Below, piece after piece: positions 50,391 through 62,146 of a stretch of 64,000 bases of DNA (its first letter is position 1; each line of letters begins with the position of its first letter). Made by a program: the position numbers and the translations under genes. Origin of the DNA: Lama glama (lineage: Eukaryota); contig JAPYYK010000094.1 of NCBI GenBank assembly GCA_028534125.1, positions 62,001-126,000 on the forward strand, in the 5' to 3' direction. The notes beneath the pieces were generated by a model, which was not told where the DNA came from, did not search any database, and saw only the letters and a list, made by a program, of their open reading frames with translations.

Positions 50391-53300
50391 TAAAAAAAAT
50401 TTTTTTAACCCACAAAGCAAGACAACCTGCAGCCTAGAAGGGGGAAGGAGGACCCTGCAGGACAAGGCCCTTGACAGGGGTGTACAGGAAAGCCCCTCTC
50501 TGCTGTGAAGATCTGAACCCCGCATTTCCATGCCTCCCCGCCCCAGCTCACAGAATCCTGTCTCCATCAGAGGGGCCATTCCAGGGGCCTGGCTCCAGCC
50601 TCCATCTGGCCCTACTTGGCTAATTCCAATGGCGCTGCCCTCAGGCCTGCGCTTCGGAGATACAGGCGCCCACAGGCCTCCCAGCCTGGGCTCTGGGCAG
50701 AAATGCAGCATCCCTGAGGGAAAAGGAAAGGGCAGGGGCTTCCCACCCTGGGGCCTAAAGATGTTAGAACCACAGACACCACCTACGGAGCACTTCCTGT
50801 GTGGGCCAGCTACCAGACTGAACAATGATGTGCACTAACTGATGTACTCCCCAGATTCACTCTCCAGCCCCATGTTAAGGGTGAAGAATGGCTCAGAGAG
50901 GTAAAGACACTTGCCTGAGGTCCCACAGCTACCAAGTGTCCAGACAAGATCCCCAGATGGGTGGGTCTCATTGAAAGTCTGGCTCTGTCCTCCAAGCCAC
51001 AAGATGGCCCAGGGAGATGTTCCACCCTCGCAGCAAAACAGGGCAGAGGGAGGATTGCCTTTTTGACTCCCCCGCCCATTCTGTCCCCCATTTCACCCTC
51101 CCTGGGCCTGAAGAACAGGATGGAGGCAGTCCAGGGGTGGATGGCCTCTGCGGGAGGTAGGTAGGGGGATGTCTGACCAGGCAGGTGACAGACAGTTCTC
51201 AAATCCCTGAGGACTGAAGCTTTAACGGTGGAATAATAGGCCATGGGTGACATTTCGGGCAGAGGTTCTACCTGAGCACTCTGGTCAAAGCATATCTGAG
51301 GAGCAGTGTCTACTCCAGGAGCTGGGCCTGCCCTGCCCCCAGGCTTCCTGCGGAGAACTCCGGGCCCATAAACCCAGGCACTTTTGGGATCAGCTTGTGC
51401 ATCAGATTGCCTGAGCACATACCTGCCTGTAGGCTGGAGGCCTCGAGAGAGAGGAGACAGTGGGCAGGGGTTAAGGACAGCAGTTGGGGCCCAAGGCCAC
51501 TTGTTGAGGAAAAGCCACACTCTGTTCTATAAGCCTGTAAATGGAGGGGCAGACTCAGGGGAAAGGAGCTGCCTCCAGGCTGAGGCAGGGGTGGCGTTCA
51601 CCCAGCCAGGCCGAAAATGGTTTCTCTGAGGCGGGGATCAACGTGGAGATTTCCTCAGGACTGAGGGTTCCCAGAACACTGGCAAACCAGACTGTTGGCC
51701 ACCCTAATCCCTGAGTTTCTAGAGCTCATGCTGGCTGGTAGGGGTGATGGGCTGGAGGTGTTGGGCAAGGCTGGAATCAGAAGCCCCCTGCCTCCAAGGA
51801 GGCTGGGGGCTGCTTCCCAGGGCCACTTTATTCAAAGCCCAGAGCACCCTCACCCCTGCAGGACTTGTCCTCGGACGTACTAAGAGGCAGGGAGTGTGAG
51901 ACCCAGGGCACGAGTGTGCTGCCCGTGGACAGTTTCCTCGTGTGTGACCGTGTGAGTGGCTGAGGTGGGGAGGCGTCTGAGGCAAAGCTGCCAGGTGTAG
52001 GTCGTGAGAGCCGTTAGGACTGCCTGCTGTCTCCGTGGGCCCGAAGGTGGCTGGTGTTCACGTGGGGGGATGCTGTGAATGGTCTCCGCGCCTGTGGATC
52101 TGCTGTGTGTGCACCCTGTGTGTGCACACTGTGGGTGGAAGTGAAAGTGGTGGGAGGTGTGAGTGGAGAATTATCTCCTGCCTGTGGGAGCCATTTTGTG
52201 TGCAAATTTTATGCGGCTCTGTCAGTTGTGGGGGGTTGCTGGTGGGGAACATGGCTGCCTTGGCGAGTCTGTTTTGTGTGTGATTGCTGGTGTGGGGGTG
52301 AGTTATCTGCTAGGTGTGTGAGTCCACTTGTGTGTCGATGTTCCATGGGTTGAGCAGGCGAGTCCCCATGGTGATGTGACACAAGGGTGTCCAGTGCGAA
52401 CCCACTGAGTGGATGGACAAAGTGTGTCCGTCCAGGATCAGGTCGTGCACTTAGTGCCCATTACTGCCCCGGGGCAGGACTTCCCATTCCAGGGCTTAAA
52501 TCTACCCTCGATTAATCCCTGGTTAATACCTGGCTAATACCCCAGCCTGGGGGACTTGAATGTGCTCCTTTGGGTCTCTCCCCAGTACCGTCGGCTTTCT
52601 CAGAGCTGAAGAAGCTACAGACTGCTTGGCAGCACAAAGCCCCTGGGTGGCATTTACTGATTTTTTTAAGGAAAATTGCTGGTGACACTTCCGTCCCCTG
52701 TTTCCAGAGAGCGGCTTTCAGCACAGATGTGTCTTCACGCCAAGGCCTGCGTCTCGGAACACCTGACGACTCCTCGGCACTGATGTCATGAATCTGGGGA
52801 ATATCAGGATAATAGAGCCATATGGCCCCGTTGTGAAAGGGGCGGAAAACGCCTGTGCCTTTGTGTGAGGCTGAGAGGAAGTGAGGCCCCAGGAGGCAGG
52901 AGGAGGGGAGGGAGGGGAGGGAGGCTAGAGAATGGGAGGGGGCAGGCTGAGAGGGGTTTCTTGGCCAGAAACAGAGTGACCTGGCCAGTTCTGAGGCTCC
53001 ACAGTGGGTCTGACCCTAGGACCTGCAGGGATGTGCTCTGGGCCTGGGGGAGGTGGGCAGAGGGGGTTGCTATGCTCTGCCAGGAAGCCACAGCCAGAGA
53101 GGACAGGCGTGGGGGCTTCCTCTCCTATCTGCAGCCCTTTTGTCCCTTTCTTGACTCCAGACCCTTACCTGTGTGGCAGTTCTAAGGCTAGAATTAAAAG
53201 GCCCACCAAATGCAACCTCAGTGCTTCACGGGGAAGACATTCCTTCCCCCAGCTATTCTCGTGCTTTCTCTCAGATAATGTAGCCCATCTCCTGCGAAGA

Positions 53301-54429
53301 CTTCATGGTTATGAATTCATTCCTTACTTGTCCAGGGGAGAAGAAAGGCCCCACTGGGTGACAGAGGTTGCATTGACCCTTATAAGTGTTCAGCCCCACC
53401 CACTCCTGATTCCTTCACCCTCAGCCAGAGGTGGACCCCAGCAGAGAAGGGTCTCGCGGTCCTGCGCATCTGGGAGGGCTGGCTGACGAGGGTGTGCTCG
53501 CTGGGCATCATCTGGATTCCAGCTGCACCTCTTAAAACACAAACCAAGCCCCACAGGGCACACAGGGCTGCCTCCCCCTACACCGTTGCTGAGTTGCTGG
53601 GCAGAGTATTGCCAAATGACTTTCTCCTCCTGAGTTCCGTTGAGGGAAACTGTGAGGAAATAAATTTCCTCTCAATACACTGTAGAGTGATTCCAGCCAG
53701 CTTTCCAGTGGCACATAAAATAATAGTAGAATTTATTGGGTACTTCGTGCCAAGTGCTATTAAGTAGATCTTAAAGTGAGAAGCTATGAGCAGGTCCTTC
53801 CCTTAGAAGAGAGAGGGCAGGTGTCTCTGCCAAGCTCACATATACTAGCAAATCCCAGAGCCAAGGCAGTTGACCATCAGAGCCCTTGTAAGTTGTCACC
53901 AGGCTACTGTGATTCTTCAGAAAAGGTGGGTTTGTGAAATGCAGCCTTGGAGGAGGGTGCAGAGGAGCATCCCAGGGGCCTGGGGGACTCATCGTGGGGA
54001 AGTTGAGCCACAGGGCAAGTGTTCCTGGGGATTCTCCCAGCACCAGAATGGGCTCCCTGAAATTGCATGGCTAGAATTTGGGAAAAAGTAGAACACTGCA
54101 GGGATATTTGTGGAGGAAAGGAGCAAAGGCTTGGCTTGGTCTGTGGATACAAGTCAGGATAGAAGAGCAAGGAAAGACCAGTAGTTTTAAGCAATGAGGG
54201 TTCAGGGCTGGAGGCTGGCTGGTGAGGGAGAAGCCGCTATCACCTGTCTCTGGTTCTATAAGTACCTTGTTCTGTAGGCAAACCCAGTGTTCTAACCAGT
54301 TTCGGATTCTGTGCTGGGCTGGAGAGCAAGCTGGGGATGGGGGACCATGGGTGACTGTGATCTTCAGGACAGATCTTTGGAGGTAAAGCTGGCCAGCCCC
54401 ATGGGTGATGGTGGAAAAGAAGCCAGCAC

Positions 54430-54735
54430 CATTTTTCATTTAACGATATCCTGAGATTCTGCTGCGTTAGTACCCAGAGAGCCTCTGAATGCTTTTTCAC
54501 AGCTGCATATATTCTGGTGTGTGGACATTCCATAGTTTATTGGCCAGTTCAATCCTAGTGGACAGTTAGGTTGTCATTCGCCATGATAAACCATACCTCT
54601 GTGGGTCTATCTGTAGGATAAATTCCTAGAAGTAGAGTTAACAAATCAAACAATATATGCCTTTATGGTTTATGGCATGTTGCCAATTAACCCTCCACAA
54701 TAGTTGTACCAATTTTTCCTCCCCAACTCCCCAAC
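54430..54735 (-). mobile_element. L1ME-like fragment
   Basis: gtggacagttaggttgtc...ctgtaggataaattcctagaagtag...ttgccaattaaccctcca...ttgtaccaattt. Confidence 0.65.
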
Positions 54736-56023
54736 AATCAGTGGAGGTTGGAAGAGACCCCATCAGAGACCAGTGCACCTTCCCAGCAGCCTCTGGGAAA
54801 CCCGTACCTTTTGCCTCTTTCCAGAAGGTGGTGGGGTGAAGACACTTTGCCAATGACTGGCATCTAGAGAATATATAAGACTTCAAACCCGGCTGAGCTG
54901 CCCCCTTGAGACATGTTACAGGGAGAATAGACTTTGCAGGCTGCCACAGCAGGGCAGGGATTGGGGCAAGAACAGACAGACGGCAGCACAACGATGGGTC
55001 TGTTTCTTTTTAAAACAAGTTTAAACAACACCCAATGTGATCATTTCATGAGTAAATGATGTTATAAATAGTGCATCTTATGATTCCTAAAATAAACAAC
55101 TCTACATTTCTAAGAAGACTTTTGAAACGTAAAATGACTATTTTTAAGGCTAGAAAAAAGTCCAAACATTAACAGTAGCAGAATAGAGGCTGAAATAGAA
55201 ATGGGCTTTAGAACCAGATAAGCCTGAGCTGAGCCCTGTTCTACTCTCACCAGCCCTTCACTTAACGTGGCTTTTTTTTTGGTCCTAAACTGGGTTCATA
55301 TCGATATGATGGGCCAGGGGTGCTGGGGGGAGCATCAGGGGGGAGTCTGAAGCATAGTTCCTGGCACAAGGTTTGCACTCAATGACTGGTGACTGTTAAT
55401 TACAGTCACCACAGGATGATGACTTTGCAGTTAGTTTTTTCCTTTTATATTCTGGTCAGTTTGCAAGGTATATTATTTTTAGAATCAGAAAAAAAAAGAA
55501 AAAAATCTTATGAAACAAAAGAAAGGTGAGGAGTGATAGGTGATGAATGATTTGCAGGGCGCAAAGGGCAGAGAGACAGATGCTGTTTAGAAACCATGGC
55601 TCTGGGCCTGAAATTTAACTTGCAGTTAATGAGGCTGAGAGAGGCAGGTGGGTGCACCCACAGGTTTCTGTGCTGAGAATTTCCTGCCTTTGAGCCCACC
55701 CACCGGTCCCCAGTGTACATACCTCAGGGAAACCCCAGGGTAACAAGCCCCTCCACACATGCCCGCCCACTCCTGGCGAGCAGGCTGGCAGGGACCAGGC
55801 TGGGGCTTACCCAAGCCCACCAGGCCTCGCCCTCTGCCTGCTGCTCTCACGCTGTGCCCCTGGGCTGGGGCGTTTGACATGCAGGTGATGTCCAGCAAGG
55901 ACCACAGGCCAAGGACCACAGGTCTGTGTTTTGTTCCACATGTCTCTGCCTCATCTTCTGTTTGTTTTCTTTCTTCGTTTCTCTTCTTTTTTTTTTAATT
56001 GTAAATATTTAAAAGTCATTCCT

Positions 56024-57032
56024 TTAGATAAATTGGGCGTCATCAAAATTTAAATGCTTGTACATCATAGGACATGATTGAGAGAGTAAAAGGGCAACCC
56101 ACAGAATGGGAGAAATATTTACAAATCGTACATCTGATAAGGGATTAATATCCAGAATATTTAAAGAACTCCTAAAACTTAGCAACAATAAAACAACCCA
56201 ATACAAAAGTGAGCAAAGGACTTGATAGACATTTCTCCAAAGAAGATGAAGACATGGCCAATGAGCATATGAAAAGATGCTCAACATCACTAATCATAAG
56301 GGAAGTGCAAATCAGACCCACAGTGAGATATCAGGTCGCATCTATTATGGTAGCTGTTATCAAAAAAGCAGAAAACAAGTGTTGGCAGGGATGTGGAGCA
56401 GTTGAAACCTTGTACATTGCTGGTGGGAATGTGAAATGGTACAGCCTCAACGGAAAAGTGCGGAGGTTCCTCAAAAAACCAAACATAGAATTATCATATG
56501 ATCCCGAAGTTCCACTTCTGGGCATATACCAAAAGAACTGAAAGCAGGGACTCAAATAGGTGTCTGTACAAGTGTTCATAGCAGCATTGTGCACAATAGC
56601 CAAGGTGGAAACAGCTCAAATGTCTACTGACAGATGAATAAAGAAGCTGTATGCATACAGTATTCTACCTTGAGAAAAGAAATTCCATCCCATGCTACAG
56701 CACAAACTTTGATGACATCATGCTAAGTGAAATAAGCCAGACAAAAAAAGGACGAATATGACTCCAATCATAAAGGATACCTGAAATAGACAAAGTCACA
56801 GAGACAAAAAAGGAGAATAGTGGTTACCAGGGGCTGGGGGAGAGGGGAAAAGGGGAATTATTGTTTAATAAGTAGAGTTTCAGTTTAGGGTGATGAGAAG
56901 GTTCTGGAGATGTATGATAGTAGTGACAGATGCACAGCAATGTGAATGTACTTAATGTCCCTGAACCATACAATTAAAAAGGGTTAAAATGGTCAATTTT
57001 ATGTTATGGATATTTTACCACAGCAAAAAAAA
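56024..57032 (+). mobile_element. L1MB-type LINE-1, 5'-truncated: decayed ORF2 C-terminus, 3' UTR and polyA
   Basis: ORF 56209-56541 (LDRHFSKED...MANEHMKRCSTSLIIRE...KCWQGCG) matches the L1 ORF2 C-terminal region before a frameshift; 3' end atggtcaattttatgttatggatattttaccacagcaaaaaaaa. Confidence 0.92.
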
Positions 57033-57219
57033 TTTAATGGAAGGACCATTAAATACCTTCTAGTACAGAGAATGTTTTCCTCGTTCTGCAGAGAAATTGA
57101 ATCTCAGACAGATGAAAAAAAAATGTTTTGATACCTGAAGTGTAACAGGTACTCTTGCATTTAAACAATACAGATAAAGTGAAACCATCTTCAGGCTACC
57201 CTCCTCACCTACATTCCCT

Positions 57220-57560
57220 CCCCAGGGGGTAAGCATGGTGAAATCACTTTGTGTGGATTCTTCTAGATCTTTTTTGTAGGTGTACAGAAATGGAACCATT
57301 CTGTACTTACTTCGCAACTTGCCCTTTACACTTGGTGCTATTTCTTGGAGCTCTTTCCACGTCCATTTGTATGAGCTACCTCCTTCTTCTAAACTGCTGT
57401 GCAGTGGGTCATAGAACACACGTACCATAGGGAGAGTCCCCTACTGTTGGGCACTGAGGCGATTTTTAATATTTGCCTATAACAGACAATTCTGTATAGA
57501 TTCCTCTGTGTACATGCAGAAGTGTTTCTTTTGGAAAACGTCTATTTACTTATTAAGGTT
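57220..57560 (-). mobile_element. L1ME-like fragment
   Basis: aaatggaaccattctgtacttacttcgcaacttgccc...tcccctactgttgggcactgagg. Confidence 0.6.
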
Positions 57561-59210
57561 ATGAGCATACATGAAAGAATGTCAATAAAAAGTTGCCATT
57601 TATGAGTGCTTGGGGAATGCTAAATATTTTCCATCATAATCTCACACATTGATACTCCTCCAAATCAACCCCCGTGAGGAAGTCCAGTCACTGTTACCGC
57701 TGATGAGGTCAAAGTCCAGAAAACGTGAGTCATTTACCTCCGATCACAGAGCTCGCAAGAGATCCCTGGGCCTTCAGGTGAACCTGGTCCAACCATGCGA
57801 GGCATCTGAGTTGTGATCTCTTGGAAACCAGGACTTGGATCTCTTTCCTGCTGTGTCCCGGCATCTGATATTGTCTGGAATGTCACAAGCATTAATAAAG
57901 ATTCCTTCAATGTCGCTGAGCAGACAGGAGAGAATGGGTGTGTGGAAACCTATTGCAGCTGTGGGACTCCGTGGCCAGCTTTTGTTCACACCCCGTCCGC
58001 CCCCGCATGCAGCTCACTGCCTCTCCCCCAGGGACCCATCAAGAAAAGGGGGTCGAACACCATAAGTCCTTCCAATCTCATTCTCAGTTGCCTCACAGCA
58101 CGTCCTTCACCTCCACCCTGTGGAGGGTGATTGATCCCAGGACCTCGTGTGTGCTAAGCTTATGCTCTACCACTGCACTCTGCCCACCCCCTTGGAGGCT
58201 GACTTCTTGACTGGCCCCCAGGGGCCCCCTGCGCTGATGCAGTCCCCGTCCCTGGTCATCTGACAGACCCTCCTGGCCTTCAACACTCAGCCCAGCCCAG
58301 GCTCTGCCCAGCTTTGGTCCCTCAGGGGACTCCCACATCTCTTATCCTCCTGCCTCATACACTTTCTTTTTTAAAATTTGAATGGCCATTATCCCCTTTG
58401 TGTTCAACACAGACCAAGAAGCTGTGGTGCAGAGAGGCCACGTGACTGGCCCAGGGCTCCGGGCTCCGGGATGGCAGTCACACCCAGCTCTTGGAGCCTT
58501 CAAGGTCGATGCCCTTCCTGTCACAGTCTGGCAGCTTCCAAGATAAACCTGAAAGAAGCTCACTTGTTATCAGATGGGAGTTACAAAGGATCCAGAGCTG
58601 GGAGAAACATTCGTTTCCTGATACCAGCTCTGCCCCAAGAACGGTGCAGCATCCATCCCTGTCATGTGGCAGCCAGCTCAAGTGCCTGAGTGGCCAAGAC
58701 CACAGTCATTCAGGGGACCACGCCCCCTGTTGCCCTGGGGCTCCATCTTGATGTCTCCACTCTGTGGTCAACTCCCCAAAAGTAGGATCTTCTCTTAGAC
58801 TTCTGTGCCCTCGCACTAGTCCCAGCATGACTAGGTGCTGATTAAACATCTGTTTCACTCCCGTTTCAGTCACTTGCCCTTCAGTTGTTGATTCCAAATA
58901 AAATGGGGCCGAGAAGGCAAGGAGGAGGAGTGCATCAGCTCCCTGTGTGATATCCAAAGCTCCAGTCTTCCCAACAACGGCACCTACCATTGCTGGTGGC
59001 CTAGTCTTTGCCAGGCACTGTCCTCGTAGCCATTGCCTCACTTCCTGCTCACATCAACTTCCTGAAGAAGGGACTGGTATTGTCTCCATTTTGCAGATAA
59101 GGAAGTAGAGGCTTGAGAGCTTAAGTAACTTGCCCACGTTAATGCAGCTCAGTGTGACAGCCTGAGATCAAAAGCCTGGCTTGTAGCCATTCCATGTGGT
59201 AGTCCCCAGC

Positions 59211-59663
59211 CGCATCAGCCAGGGTCCAGCAGGAAACAGGGCTCACTGGAGTTGAGTTGTTGGGGAGGGTGAATAAAGGGGCCCTACACAGGATGTGAGC
59301 AGAGTTAGAGCTAGTGCTGGTGCACGGACAGCTCCCTGGGTCAGATACCAAGTGGGAGGGGGTGGTAATGAGAATCTGCGCCCAAAGAGCTGCGTGAAGA
59401 GGCTCCCCCGACAGGAGCTGTGGCCTTCAGTGAAGGGACACAGGCAGTGACCCTACAGGAAGGGAATATCCCCAACTTACTCATCTCCCCGTTTCGCTCC
59501 TTCCATCCAATCCCCAGCCAGCGTCCCACAGGACAGATCCAGATGAAATCCAGGGAGCAAGAGAGCCCCTTGATATAATCCACAGAGGTCAACTTCCAGG
59601 CACAGAGGAGGGTTAGAGAGTGGTTGGGGTGGGGAGGACAGCAATCAAAAGGTCCCCAGCACA
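59211..59663 (-). mobile_element. LTR16C-like ERVL solo LTR
   Basis: catcagccagggtccagcaggaaacag...gacaggagctgtggccttcagtgaagggacacag...ggagcaagagagccccttgat...ccagcaca. Confidence 0.75.
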
Positions 59664-60242
59664 CTGACTAATCAGGCAGTATTTATAGACTCACTAGATG
59701 TGGCCTCAAGACCACTGACTGTATCTTGGGACCTATGTGGCACAGAGATGAAGATTTTCTTCCTTTGTTAAAAATTCGACCTGAGCTGCAGTAATCCGGG
59801 TTCAAAAGCAACCATTGCTTCTCCCCAACACCTGCACCAAAGAGCAGGCAGAGGAAAGGCTAGGTGTTGGGTGGGGGCCCTTCCCTAGGCAGTGTGGCAG
59901 TGCATCCCAGAACTCAGACCCCTGAGTGCCACTCTGCTTCCCAAGAAGCACCACGGACCTCCACAAAAAGGTAACCTAGAAGTGTAAGTACTTTGAGAAG
60001 GAAGAACCTTGGATGAGTCCATGATGACTCCCTGAAGTGTTCGCGTCGCCAGTCCTAGAGCATTTACCAAGAGTGCATCACATATACCCTGCACTGTGCC
60101 CGTGAGGATGGCGTGTATTTGAATCAGACCCAGGCCCTGCCCACATTTGACGACAGTCTAGTAGAAAAAAGACATGTAAAACATGAATTATAGAAAACAG
60201 TGGCAAATGCACTGGTAAAAATGTGTACACATACAGCTCAGC

Positions 60243-60642
60243 NNNNNNNNNNNNNNNNNNNNNNNNNNNNNNNNNNNNNNNNNNNNNNNNNNNNNNNNNN
60301 NNNNNNNNNNNNNNNNNNNNNNNNNNNNNNNNNNNNNNNNNNNNNNNNNNNNNNNNNNNNNNNNNNNNNNNNNNNNNNNNNNNNNNNNNNNNNNNNNNNN
60401 NNNNNNNNNNNNNNNNAAAAGACAGATACAAACAANNNNNNNNNNNNNNNNNNNNNNNNNNNNNNNNNNNNNNNNNNNNNNNNNNNNNNNNNNNNNNNNN
60501 NNNNNNNNNNNNNNNNNNNNNNNNNNNNNNNNNNNNNNNNNNNNNNNNNNNNNNNNNNNNNNNNNNNNNNNNNNNNNNNNNNNNNNNNNNNNNNNNNNNN
60601 NNNNNNNNNNNNNNNNNNNNNNNNNNNNNNNNNNNNNNNNNN
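60243..60642. other. Two assembly gaps (60243-60416 and 60436-60642) around a 19-bp L1-like island
   Basis: N runs; the island reads aaaagacagatacaaacaa. Confidence 0.95.
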
Positions 60643-60758
60643 TAAAATAGCCCCAAAGTGAAAGCAACCCAAACGTTGATCAAATGATTAATGGATAAAT
60701 AACATTTGCTCTATCTAGATAATAGAATATTATTCAGCCATAAAAAGGAATGGGGTGC
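60643..60758 (+). mobile_element. L1MB-type 3' region, 5' piece
   Basis: aatagccccaaagtgaaagcaacccaaa...aatggataaa...gaatattattcagccataaaaaggaatg. Confidence 0.8.
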
Positions 60759-61782
60759 ATCCAACTGATAATAGTGAAGCTATTTCAGTGTAGTTAGTTT
60801 TCACTTTTTTTCCACATGGGAGAATATAAGGCAATTATTATTTTCTTAAAATTTTAAGTTACAAAAGTATGAAGTGAAAATTATGAATAAGAGAAATTTC
60901 TGAAAAGAAACAAAACCCAAAGGCTTTAAATTGAAAATGTATTCTCTTTTTCCTCCAAAATAGGCAAAGATGGGGTTTAATAGTAACAATATCTATTTAT
61001 CCAATTTCTATTTTTTAAGACATTAACTTTCCATTGTATTTTTAAAAAATACTTCCAGTTGATTTAAAACAAAACAAAACAAAAAATCCCACACAGGTAA
61101 GTGAGAGCACTAGGAATATCGGACGATTATATAGGAAGATGGCTTTTTATTCTTTTAACATAAATCTTCCACATAAATCTTTCATTGGGTTGATGTTGGG
61201 TGAGGTTGATAACTGTACTGAGAATTTATTATTCCTCCCACTCCTCTTATGCCCACAGAAGTACCACGGAAGCCATCCATTTTATTGGTCTAGGGAATGC
61301 AGTCCTTTCAAAAACGTCTTTGAAGTGCTCTTGTCCTGCCTTCTGTCATTTCTTACCCTTAAGTTCCAGGAAAAGTTGGGCACAGAAATATGCGGGAAAA
61401 TGTGACAGTGAACTAATATTTACAAAAACAAGGGAACGTATTTGAAACAGATTCTTGTCTTTTCAGATGATAAATATTTTCTGTGAATTCAAATTGTAAT
61501 GCTTATTTGCAATTTTACTAAATCTTTACATATAATGAAAAAAAAGTATGGAAATCAATTGAATCATCTCAATAGGAAAGGATAAAATGTGAGATGGATA
61601 TAAAAGGTATTTAAACTTGATACTTAATTTGCTTAGCATATAAATATGACTTGCTAAAGAAATCTACAGTAGTTAATTTTGAATAGGAAGCTATTGTTTG
61701 TCTATTTTGTAATAACAATCTTATTTTGAAAAATAGCTTAGTGGTCAAGCAATAAAATACATTGTTACCTTAAAAAAAAAAA
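60759..61782 (+). pseudogene. Putative retroposed mRNA 3'-end fragment or orphan transduction, source unknown
   Basis: AT-rich sequence matching no repeat I recognise; AATAAA at 61751-61756 followed 15 nt later by an 11-nt A tract; interrupts a colinear L1MB. Confidence 0.55.
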
Positions 61783-62146
61783 GAAGTACTGGATGTATGC
61801 TACAAAAGTGGATGAACCTTGAAAATATTACGCTAAGTGAAAGAAGCTAGACACAAAAGGCCATGTATTATATGATTCTATTTATAGTCTATTATAGTCT
61901 ATTTATAGTCTATTTAAAGTCTCGAATAGGCAAATCCATAGAGAAAGTAGATTAACAGTTGCCATGGACTGGGAGAAGAAGAGAAAGGGAAGTGACTGCT
62001 AATGGGTGTGGAGTTTATTCTGGGGGTGATGAAAATGCTCTGGAATTAGTGGTGAGGGTTGCACAATTTTGTCGAAATGCTAAAAATACTGAATTGTACA
62101 TTTCAAAAGAGAGACTTACGGTATGTGAATTATATCTCAATAAAAT
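61783..62146 (+). mobile_element. L1MB-type 3' region, 3' piece continuing 60643-60758
   Basis: gaagtactg...atgctaca...ggatgaaccttgaaaatattacgctaagtgaaagaagctagacacaaaaggcc...gtatgtgaattatatctcaataaa. Confidence 0.85.

Noticed and set aside
52818-52825. ccatatgg as a CArG box
   Set aside because: It has only four A/T bases between CC and GG; SRF sites need six.
53519-53531. Minus-strand gaggtgcagctgg (EVQL), resembling an IGHV3/VHH FR1 start, tempting in a camelid
   Set aside because: The match ends after 13 nt and the frame hits TGA within a few codons. I saw no V-domain framework or recombination signal.
56209-56541. 110-aa ORF with clear protein-like sequence
   Set aside because: It is a frameshifted LINE-1 ORF2 C-terminal remnant, not a host gene.
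24483-57733. Scattered AP-1 motifs TGA(C/G)TCA
   Set aside because: The number seen is about what chance gives for a 7-mer in 64 kb, and several lie inside repeats.
60078-60683. Long ORFs spanning N runs (also 12620-12870 and 34655-35032)
   Set aside because: Artefacts of translating assembly gaps.
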